A DNA stretch of 64,000 nt, from positions 8,748,449-8,812,448 of the forward strand of contig CAJINV010000005.1 of assembly GCA_905178155.1 (NCBI GenBank), in the 5' to 3' direction. The DNA comes from Amoebophrya sp. A120 (lineage: Eukaryota > Protista > Dinoflagellata). Within the stretch, counting starts at the first letter, position 1. The number at the start of each line of letters is the position of its first letter. Shown one piece after another: positions 13,110 through 23,754 of the stretch. The notes beneath the pieces are model-generated. The model was given only the letters and a program-made list of their open reading frames with translations, was not told the DNA's origin and ran no database searches. The position numbers and the translations under genes were made by a program.

Positions 13110-13975
13110 TAAAAGTGTGTATGGATGGCGACCGAGGCGAACACGGGCCCAATTGGCCTTAAAACACATTGAGCAGCATGGTTCCGCTGCGGCGCATTGC
13201 GACTCCCGGATAGAATACTCACTTCAACATAATACCCGCTCTCGGAAGAAACGCCACTGGGTGCGCAACCGGCATTCCGCTGCCCACCCGCTAGCCCAAC
13301 GGGCCGCAGACAGATCGAAGTCTCCGCGCGCGCCACCACCACATTCGAGGGCGCCACCCTCTGGGCAATCAACCCGCGCGCGGGCGCGGGGGCCAGGCTT
13401 TTGGCCAGAGCAGAGGCGGGGCACAGAAGCTTTTGCTTTACACACTACCTGCGCCCCTACACACCCGTGTGCGTGCGACGAGGGTGGGCGGCAAAAAGAA
13501 AGGAACCCCCAACCGCTTCCGCCGGGGCACGAACCACCATCATGATCGCCCGGGCGGGCACACTCACGGGCCGCGCTACTTGGGCGGGCGCGGCGCCGAC
13601 GCAACCAAGAAAGCGCGGCCGCAAAGGCCGCGCACCCCACAACACCATGGCCGCCGATGTCAATCCGCCCGCCTCTGGTTTTCGGCGCCTCTGGATGATG
13701 CCTGGCAGCTTGGCGGGGGTTGTTTTCGTTTCTTCGCCGTCGCGCAGGCGGCTTCGCTTCGTTGCCTGGCGCAGACTCGCGAGACCGGCCGGCCAATGGG
13801 CCCGGTGGAAGCAACGCGCCCCCATCGATACCCCGCCGACAAATCGGGCGCGGCCGGGGGGGGGGGGAGATGCCAACGGTAGGGGCACACGCGGGGGGGG
13901 GGCGAACATGCGCCGCCCTTCCCGCCAAGCAACAAGTAGGCCCCCCGCCCATCCAAGGAAAACCCGCAGGCCCTG
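13110..13975. repeat. GC-rich intergenic island 5
   Basis: Composition, G-runs, no credible ORF. Confidence 0.5.
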
Positions 13976-14734
13976 ACCATATGCATTGTAGAACTCGCAA
14001 AAGGAATTTATTCCAGCCCGTGCGCGATTCTCTCACCCGAGTGCACTCAACAGTCCCGGCGTTGCAGAAGAACGCTACATTAGTAAGTAGCTCAACTCGT
14101 GCGTCAACAACTCGAAGAAATCCCTTCTCAAATCAGACTCACACGACCGTCACAAAAGAGACTGCGCAATCCGAAGTGAGCCGACACTTCCGGAGAGAGT
14201 CTCAAATTCGGGCAGGTTGACTTTGAACCATGATAAAAGTTGCACCCGCTGGTGCTTTCTGAGGTTTTAGTCAAATTTCGTTTGTCAGTTCATCCACGAC
14301 TTCGAAGGATGAGATCAAGGAGAAAGATTTAGCTGCAAGTTAATTAGAAATCGGATAGGTACAGTCAGTCACAGATTTTTGCATTTATCTTCTAATCTTG
14401 ACAAGTGAAAGAACATAGACTTCGTATCTTTTCTGGGCAAGCTAAAGCTGATAATCATATATCTTCGGTCAGATAATAATTTGAAAATTGTGCGTCGAAC
14501 TACACGACGACGACCTTACATTTTGATACATTGAGCTAGAACTACCGGTGGAACCATAAATTCTAAAAAATCTCAATCGCGGTCGGAAACATCCGGTCTC
14601 GGTTGTCTGAATCGTACACATATATACTCCATCTTCGTTGAAAACGTGCAATTGAACTAGAACAACGCTAATAATCTCTCATCTCCCCTCCCACCACAAA
14701 TTGATCTTCCGCACTACACCAGTACCACCTCCCT

Positions 14735-17141
14735 TCACTTGCAAAACACCACTTTCGCCAGAAACCCGAAACACGAGAACCCACTCGTCTCCTCCGTCAT
14801 CCCATTACTCACCACCACCTGCCCGTTCCCAACCATCCGTTCCAACGCCGCATGGTCGTGCTCATGCATTGCAAAAGCATCGCGCTTTGTTCGTGCTAAT
14901 TGCAGTCACGCATGACAGATCTGTGGCCTAACGGGAATCAGCCTTACAAATTGTATTTTGTCATCTCTTGGAAAATTTGTATTGCAATTTTCACTACGTA
15001 CGATCCCTTTGCAATGCATAATGCTCCCCGGACTCCAGAACCGGCGTCGTCACGATCACGATTGTGTATTTGTCCTCCTTTTCCGCGAAAATATCCGAAC
15101 TGGAAGACTCCGACTCGTACAGAGATTCTGCGTTGCTCGGCTCCTCCTCCACTGGAGACAGGAGATTCTTGCTTTTGTTCTTCAACCGCGGAGCATCAAG
15201 AGGTCCTGCTGTGTGTGTGTCATGCTGATCATCATCATCTTCTTCCGGTTTTTCGCAATAAATCAAATCCCCTTTCTGGTCAACCATCACTTCCACCTCT
15301 TCTTCCCGGATCCTGATGTTTTTACATATGGCGATCGCAAACGTTACACTCTTGACTGTTACATGGATTTGTGATGCAAAAACAGCAATAGGGAAAGGGG
15401 CGAGCTTGCAACTCTCGCATCACAAATAATTTCGCACAGATTTAGATTCTATTGAGCCCCTCGAGGATTTGTCATGCGAAACAGCTTGATAACCTGGCGG
15501 CTCATGGTCATCTTGCATGACAAATCGTGTAACAGGTGAGAATGTAACGTTTGAGAATGCCATATTACCGTCACCACCACTCGAACTGCCGAAGTTCGCA
15601 CCAATCCCAGCAACCGTGGCATGATCTACTTCGAGGACCGGGACAACCGCCACCGATAAACTCGCCACAGAAACCGACTGGTTTGGGGACGGGAAAACAC
15701 GGTCGGGAGAAGCCGTGCGGACGGAGATGTATGAATTGCAAAAGTATCGCACTGGTACTAGAACTAGTGGTAATTGCATTACAAGTTTTTACCTCAGCAT
15801 GACAAATGGAATTTGTCATGCTGTTTTATCTCGGGATGCTGAAGATTTGTAATGCATAATTGCAATTACTACGAGTAGTTGTGCGATGCGTTTGCACTGG
15901 ATAAAATGGAGTCGTCGTCGATTTCGGTTTCGTGCAACTGCTCCTGCCCTTGATGCGAATGACCGTTCTTCTCGTCGTTGTCGGTTTGATCTTTCTGCAT
16001 CAAAACCGGAGCAGTTCCTGCAAACTTGATAACTTCATCTTCTTCCTTGTTTTCACAGCCAGTTGCTCCGTTCACCTCCTTCGGCGGCGAGGCCGTCCGG
16101 ACAGACACTGAATCCTCGTTCTGCTCTTGTTCATCTTCGGAAACGGAAGCGGACACGGATTGGGACTGTATGCACTGCAAAAGTATCGCACTCGTACTAA
16201 TTGTAATTGCATTTATGCATTACCAATCTTTTTCTTCAGGTAAATCAGCATCACAAATTTCATTTCTAATGCTGAGGAAAATTGTAAAAATGCAATTTAT
16301 ACTAGTACGATTAAACTTTTGCACTGGATAAACTGCTCCGTGAACGTGTTTTCCGCATTGTACTTGGCAAACGGAATCTGCAGCGGTTCTTTCGGAATCA
16401 GCTCGAACACCCGCTCGGAGGACCGGAGTTCGTGCTGGTCAAAATCCTCATCTTCCCAGGTCTCCTTGTCATTTAGCATGACAGATTTGTTCGCCGCACA
16501 ATTGGTCGTCGTCGTAGTAGCTCCAATCGCCGTCCCCCCGAAACTCAACCGACGGCCAGCACTGTTCGCGCGGGGGGCGGGGATCTGTAGAGGGAAGGGA
16601 TTTTAGAATTTCGATTTGTCATGCTGAGTTCCACATTCATAATCCCATCTGTAATGCAAAAAGCGACAAGAAATTATACGTGCGACGGCGGTTTGTTCGG
16701 GCGGCGGACGCGGTCCTTCGGAGCGTTGCGTTTCACGTCCAGTTGGTAGCAGTTGTTCTCGTAGTCAACGCCTTCGACGAACGCTATCGAATGGAAAAGT
16801 ATCGTACCCATGCCGTAGTCATTGCAATATATGCATGACAAATCTGCTTTCTTAGGTAATTTAGCATAGCAAATTTCTACTTGTCATGCTGAGCGAATTT
16901 CTGATGCGGTTACTCCCAGTACGATACTTTTTCAATGCATAAACGCCTTGATCCAGCGGTTTCCCAAGGACGAGGAGTTGTACAAAACGTAGCTGTTCAC
17001 GGGGAAAAAATCGTCGTCTCGGTCCTGCTCCGCATAGTGCTCTTTCTTCCCAAGAACAGAAACAGTGGTGCCGCTGCTTTGCGCCTCTGCCGCAGCATGC
17101 GCCGCAGAGGCAGTGGCACCTGAAGTAACACTGTCCGGCAT
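14735..17141 (-). CDS. Multi-exon acidic protein with N-terminal Tudor/Agenet-like domain, ends CFGFLAKVVFCK*
   Basis: FFPVNSYVLYNSSSLGNRWIKAF joins VEGVDYENNCYQLDVKRNA across 16785-16941; five further introns. Confidence 0.65.
14863..15020. mobile_element. Introner, family A
   Basis: Direct repeat gtgct/atgct. Confidence 0.8.
15327..15564. mobile_element. Introner, family C
   Basis: Homologous to 45696-45931; direct repeat ttaca/ttacc. Confidence 0.85.
15730..15903. mobile_element. Introner, family A
   Basis: Direct repeat agatg/aaatg. Confidence 0.85.
16169..16330. mobile_element. Introner, family A
   Basis: Direct repeat gactg/aactg. Confidence 0.85.
16785..16941. mobile_element. Introner, family A
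   Basis: Direct repeat aacgc/aacgc. Confidence 0.9.
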
Positions 17142-18298
17142 GATTGTCGTGGTAAATGGTGTTTTCGTAGACGTGTTGTCTTTCTTCTCCTCACTACGAT
17201 GATGATGAACTCGTCGCAGGCTGAATCCACTGGACGAGGATTCAAATGGTATAGTGCTTTGGATGCGAGCGCAGTAGAGAAAAGTCACGCGCGACTTCTC
17301 ACGAGGACGATTTATCGATGTATGCGATAATGAACATTTCGATGAATTTACGAGCAGGGACGAGTATTGACAGAAGCAACACGATCACGGCGAACGACCA
17401 AGGCGATTAGGGGCGAAGCCGAGTTCTTGGCGGGAAGAAGGCCACTGCTTCGAGTTCGAGATAATGGGGTTGAAAACGACAATAACGACCTGCCGAATGA
17501 TCCCATAAACTAGTATGAACGAAACCTATTTCGGAAGAAATCCAAAACTCGGCGTTCTGCGTCTTCACCTCCAGCAAGAACGAGGCGAGTCTGATTCTGG
17601 CTGCGGTTTCATACCTTGCAAGCGGCAGTAATTTCCAGTATAAGCATCGTAGTTGCGACAGCGACTATTATACACACGTCCGATCATGATGTCTACGCAG
17701 AGCACGAACTAATTCACAATGCTAAGACTAAATCAACTCCAACACGAGGCGCATGTACATATCTTTCGCCTTTCATCGTCCATTTTAACATAGTGTTTTC
17801 AATTCAATTGCCACTATACAGGCAATTTTGCATACGTCTTCTAGCTTGTACTTGTGTTGTGTGAGATCTAAGTGCTAATTTCAATGTAGTGCACGTTAAA
17901 CTTCCGGATTATTTCGTTGAAAATTCTGCTTTCGAAGAAGGATACGTTGTGGTTTACTATCAGACAGTGCCGGCATTTGTACAAAAAAGTACTTACGAGT
18001 TCTAGAAGTGCAATTGTTTTTTCTATAATTTTCATCTTGCTATTTTCTGGTTCACAAGGACAAGTAAGTCAAGGTCTACTAAATCCACACTGCCTGTGGT
18101 CTCGATGCCGCTCCAGACAAAATACTTTAGAAATTCATTTTTATTGTTTAGGCTTTATTTTCCGCAGTCAACATGATACCATAGTACAGCAATTTGTTTA
18201 CACCACCAGTTCATTTGCTTCAAAACTTTCTAATTCCCTTTCCGTTTCATCCAGCAACCATCATCCTCCCGTGATCAACTTCCTGCTCCTTGTTACCG

Positions 18299-21200
18299 TC
18301 ACCGGTAAGTCGTCAACTTCTTCTGGGACGCGTTGTTGCTCTGGTAGATGCTTGACGTTCCCAGCGCGTGCTTGACCCCCTCCACCGGCTGCCGGCAGCA
18401 CGGGCACTGGAACCGGTTCTGCAGACCAATCGTCATGCGGTCCTGCAAATCCGTGTAACAACCCCCGCACAAAACTGTGTGGTTACAGGGCTGCAGCCGC
18501 ACCCCCGCCGGTTTTTCCAGGCACACCGCGCAGTCATTGCCGCTGCACCCGACGTTCACGTTCAGGGAAAAGGTGCGCTCGCCGGCGTAGGCCGGGTTTT
18601 GTTTGTCCTGCCCGAACATGATGGTGAAAACCTGAAAGAAGTGGTAGATAACCATAACCTTCCTTTAGTTTTGCAATACAAACATTGAAAAGCATCCCTT
18701 TGTTCCTGCATGAATGAAAAACTGCACGATCTTCACGTAAAACAACTATGCTCTTCGTGCGAATCTTGCATGACAAACTATAAATATATACGAAAAATCC
18801 TACCTCATCCGCCGCGAACTCCAGCAATCGGCGCTCCGTCGGTGTGGTATCCAGGCAGGGTTTGCCGCTGGCCGCGGCGTGGGTGCGGCGCAGGGTGCAG
18901 GTGCCCCTCACTGACCAGAGATCGATCACCATCCACTGTTCGTTCGTTGGCACGTACACGATGAAGCCCTGCACGTATGAGAGTGCAAATCAAGTCCCAC
19001 TTTACAACTTCTGCCCTGCAATTTGTCATGAAAAATGCCATTTATTCAATCGCTGCACTTCGGCACGGTGAGCATGACAAATTCCTAAATGCACAACAAT
19101 GAATACTGCAAAAATCGGCTTAGAAACTTGTCATGCGCACCAGCCTCCATCTCTACTGGTAAAGCTCCTATTGCTGCTCGTGCCTTGCAACTGAGGAGAA
19201 GCGGAAGTAGAGAGACGAGTTTTTGTGCACTCTGATAGGACGCGCGAGACCTCCTGACGAAAACCGTCCACGCAGGGGATCACGATGTCGTTGATGTCGA
19301 GGCAGCCGAAAACGATATCCTGCTGGAAAGGATTTTCAGCATGACAAAAGCTATGTCTGGTAGTTTGAGTGCATGACAAGTGGCTGGCTGCTATTGGCGG
19401 GAGAGCAACGTGTTAATCTTAATACTTTGTCATGCAAATTATGCCCAAACATTTACCATGCCGGATTTTTCCCTTCCCATACCTCACGATCGGTTTGTTT
19501 TCGAACTCGTACAGCTTGAAGTTGGTATCGTAGATGGCGAGCGGAGGCTGTGCGATGATATTAGTGGATCACGAATCCCAATTCTGCATGACAACCAGCA
19601 TTCACTAGTCTCAATTCTGCATGACAAACACAAACTTCCATACTGTACCGCATTCACGACCGCATCTGTATCAGGCAGGGCGGGCTTCACCAACAAATCG
19701 TAGATTTCCTGTTTCGCCTTGTCGACGCTCATGTAGTATGCATTGCAAAAGTACTTCTCGCACTCTTACTAATTATTATATTTATATATGGAAGAAAACG
19801 GGGCTGGAGAGGGTACAATAGAGGTCCGGTAGAGGTTTCGTAGAGGTAAAATAGAGGGTCCGAGAGGTAAAGTAGAGGGTCGGCCAAAATGAGAGGGTCG
19901 GGGAGAGGTAAAACGAGAGGTAGCGGAGAGGGTCGGGAGAGGGTGAGCCGTATAGACGCCCTTAAAGCGGGGCTATACGCGCGCAGAGGTAGGGTAGAGG
20001 TTTGGGAGAGGTCAAATAGAGGGTAGGGGAAGAGGGTGTAGAGGGTCGGAGAGGGTGCGTAGTATAGGGCGACCCTCTAGGCGACCCTCTACCGCGAACC
20101 TCTCCGGAAACCTCTATTTTACCTCTCACCGGACCCTCTCGGGACCTCTCCGACCCTCTCCCGGACCCTCTCCGGGACCCTCTCCGACCCTTTCCTGGAC
20201 CCTCTCTGAACCTCTCCCGGACCCTCTCCCCGACCCTCTCCGGGACCCTCTCCCGGACCCTCTCGTGGACCACCTCCAGACGCACAGCCTGCCCACTTGT
20301 CTGCGCGCGGCGCCCCCTCAAGAAGGTCGCTAGGGCGCAGCGACCGGCTGGCATTGTTTTCGCTTTCAGATCAGAGCGGCCGTTCAAAGTGCGTGCGCCG
20401 CTCTGCGTCCCCCAGAGGGGGCGCGGCGCCCCGCCTTAACCTGGTCGGCCACCTAGGGTGGCCGCAACTTCTTTCCCACAGCGCCCGCGCGCGCTGGCAG
20501 CAGGTGCGTCGCCCTTGTGGCGTCTTAAACGTTGGCGCCCGGAAATAGTTTCCTGTGCGCATTTTCCCACGGCGCGCAGCTACTAAGGCCGGGCATGGTG
20601 CCCGCCCATGCCGAAACATGGACCGGGCTCTTTTTATTTGGTTGTGTATCTGCGCGCAGCGATTCAATGTTGGCGCCACCTTCCCCACCGGAACACCTCC
20701 ACCGAACAGCCCCCTCCCCGGCGGCCTTCGCCGGGGGGTGGCTGGTTGTAACTATGCATGACAAATCTTGTCCTTCAGGTAAAACAGCATGACAAAAAAA
20801 TCCAGTTCTCCTTCTCATGCTGAAAGAATTTGTAATGCATTTATACGAGTACAGATGATGATGATGATGTTACCCAGTAAAGGGTATAGGGTGTTGAAGA
20901 ATGTCCTTCGGTTCTTTATCTTTTGCAGTTCATATGTAGTTGAAAATGTCCAAGTATTTGTTCCGCAGATCGTTGGAAACACTTGCATCGGCAACCGCAG
21001 TATGCAATGCAAAAGTGTCTGGGTCTGGAAGAGTCGGGGTTTGTCATGCACATTTTGCATGACCCTTGAGGTCAATGATGCAGGTCCTCGCATCACAGAT
21101 TTTTTGAGAGCTTCTTGATGCTTATCACGCATGAGAAATGGCCTCTCCGCACGCCAAGAACTGGACTCTTCTTGCTGCTCATGCAACACCGATATTTTTA

Positions 21201-23754
21201 GAATCCGCAGACAGCATTACAAGTTCCACTCTTCCAGACCCAGACATTTTTGCATTTGATACGCAGTTTCCTTCTTGTACTGCTGAACCTCCGCGGGGGC
21301 CATGACCTGCTTGTAGACGGACTTCGCAACCGGCAGCGGCTGTTGTTTGGATGATCCCGCAAGCGGATTTTTGCTCACACCGAAGACCGGTTGCGAAAAA
21401 GCCCGGTACTTGTTACTCGAGCTCTTCTTCATGGACATGTGCTTGATGGTTTGACTTACGACCGCGAAACTGGTGTTGGCCTTGATGACAGCTTTCGCTT
21501 TCTTGTAGTTGAGGCTGTCTTTCGGAAAGAAGGGGTTCTTCTTCGGTAAGGCGGCGACTTTGACGACTTTTTTCATTTTCTTCATGGGCAGTGGTTGTTT
21601 TTTCATCGCCATTTTCATCTTGATCGTTCCCGCAGACGGTTTTTTCATATCGATTTTCTTGTAGATCATGCCGAGTAGCGGGTGCTTCTTACCAACTATA
21701 GAGTGCAAGTATGTCTGGATGTCTGGAAGAGTGCAAAGTTTGTCATGCATCTCGCGGACCACACACATCCACATCATGTAGTCGGACATGCACACAGAAG
21801 AACCACAGATTTTGATGTGAAACCTTCCTCATGCTCATATGTCCGTCCATGATAAATCCGTCTTTTGCGTAGCAAGAAGTTGTGGCCAGCGCCAGCTTTC
21901 GACGTTCATGCAATACAGATTTTTGTGAACTGAGAACGCGCCTGACAAGTTCAAGTTGCAACCTTCCACTAACCGTGACATATTCTTATATTTGCAGTGC
22001 ATAGCCTGGTACTTGCTGTTGTTAAACGTCAAGTCATTCTTCTTAGACTTCACGGCGAGATCGTTTTTGTTGTTCTGGTTTTTCTTCGGTAAGGCGGCGA
22101 CTTTGACGACTTCTTATCCTGTGCAAAAACATCCCCATCCCAGAGTTGTAATGCAAATCTGCATGCTCAAAATGTTTCTCATGCGAAGACCCATGCGAAG
22201 CGTTTTCTAGTGGTGATTAGAGATTTGTGATGCTCGAAAAATCGCCATGATATGCTAGATCTGTGATGCTGCTGCACTAGCTAAAGACGAGCACAATGCT
22301 AGCCAAAATTTGTCGTGCGCAGCAACGTAAACTGGTTGATTTGTGTTGCAGATTTCCCATCTTGAGTATGGGGTGGGGACGTTTTTACATCACAGGATAC
22401 TTTTTTCATTTCCTTCATGGGCAGAGGTTTTTGTTTTTTCATCCCCGTTTTCATCTTGATCACCATGGAAGGACTTCGGTTTTTGTCATGCTTATAACAG
22501 AAAGTTGTCGGAGTGGTACATAATCTTCAGGGCATATCACCTTCTGATTTTCCACCTCCCCGGACTGTTTTTCCAACTCGCTCTTCTTCAAATCCAGTTC
22601 CGCTTTCAACGCGTGAAACTCCGCCAGCGTCGGGGTTTTCTTGCTGGTGGCAGAAGAAGAATTTTTCGTGAGGGAGAGGTTCTTGGAAGAGGAGGAGTTG
22701 GTCGCTTCAAGAATTTTTCGTGAGGAGTTGGTCATTTTGAATACGTTTCGCACAAAAATGTTTACTTCTTCTTCTCTTCGATCCTCTTAAAAGAAAACGC
22801 AAAAGTGTTGACTGAATCATACATGATTACCGCTAAAATTTGTAATGATAGCGACTAACTTCATTTCTTTGGTACATCCGTCTCGGGAAGAATAGATTTA
22901 GGATTACGTCGTCCAAGATCGAATTACTTGTGCGACCTGTCACGACATCCCGGTGAAACTAAAAGTACTAGTACGATTAAACTTTTGCACTGGATAAACT
23001 GCTCCGTGAACGTGTTTTCCGCATTGTACTTGGCAAACGGAATCTGCAGCGGTTCTTTCGGAATCAGCTCGAACACCCGCTCGGAGGACCGGAGTTCGTG
23101 CTGGTCAAAATCCTCATCTTCCCAGGTCTCCTTGTCATTTAGCATGACAGATTTGTTCGCCGCACAATTGGTCGTCGTCGTAGTAGCTCCAATCGCCGTC
23201 CCCCCGAAACTCAACCGACGGCCAGCACTGTTCGCGCGGGGGGCGGGGATCTGTAGAGGGAAGGGATTTTAGAATTTCGATTTGTCATGCTGAGTTCCAC
23301 ATTCATAATCCCATCTGTAATGCAAAAAGCGACAAGAAATTATACGGTCGCCGTTTTCATCTTGATCACCACGTTCTTCGCCTTTTTGTATGCATTTCAA
23401 AAGTATCGCACTCGCATTGAATGTGAATTATCGGTATACAGCATGACAAAACTTCCTCTTCTGTCTGATTTTCCATTTTTACAAACTGCACGACCTTTTG
23501 ATACGACCTTGCGAATCAAACTTCTCCTGTGGCTTCGATTTCTAGTAGTGCGAGCACGAGCTTTGTGCCATCTATATCTGCATGTTTGATGCCATCGGTT
23601 TATTCGCCGCCGCGATCTTCTTCTTGACGTTCAGCAGATGAACAAAAAAACTTCTTTTCGGATATTTCGCAACTTCTTCTTTGAAGAGCTTCGCCATCAG
23701 AGAGGGCTTCTTCTTCCCCGCAAGGGGCGCCTTCTTCATGGCGGCCTTCGGCAT
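18299..23754 (-). CDS. Lys/Met-rich basic protein with C-terminal C3HC4 RING finger (putative E3 ligase); interrupted by an 885-bp insertion
   Basis: RING motif CAVC-x9-PCNH-x3-CGGC...CPCCR; in-frame joins across 21697-22003, 21001-21261 and 19737-20934 link the MKK-rich exons to the RING-side exons; joins within 18650-19640 not fully checked. Confidence 0.7.
19737..20934. mobile_element. Family A introner expanded to 1198 bp by a nested insertion
   Basis: Direct repeat tgtag/tgtag; family A body resumes at ~20750; join reads FNYMSVDKAK. Confidence 0.85.
19808..20277. repeat. Foldback minisatellite: (AGAGGGT)-like arm then (ACCCTCT)-like arm
   Basis: Arms ~19808-20056 and ~20072-20263. Confidence 0.85.
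21001..21261. mobile_element. Introner, family B
   Basis: Direct repeat cgcag/cgcag. Confidence 0.9.
21697..22003. mobile_element. Introner, family B, direct repeat diverged
   Basis: Family B end; frame restored by removing element plus 5 nt. Confidence 0.75.
22115..22399. mobile_element. Introner
   Basis: tatcctgtg..cacaggata; direct repeat cttct/ctttt. Confidence 0.8.
22466..23350. other. Composite insertion of copied gene fragments flanked by a 21-bp direct repeat
   Basis: ccgttttcatcttgatcacca at 22445-22465 and 23351-23371; contains copies of 1-124 and 5200-5806. Confidence 0.85.
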
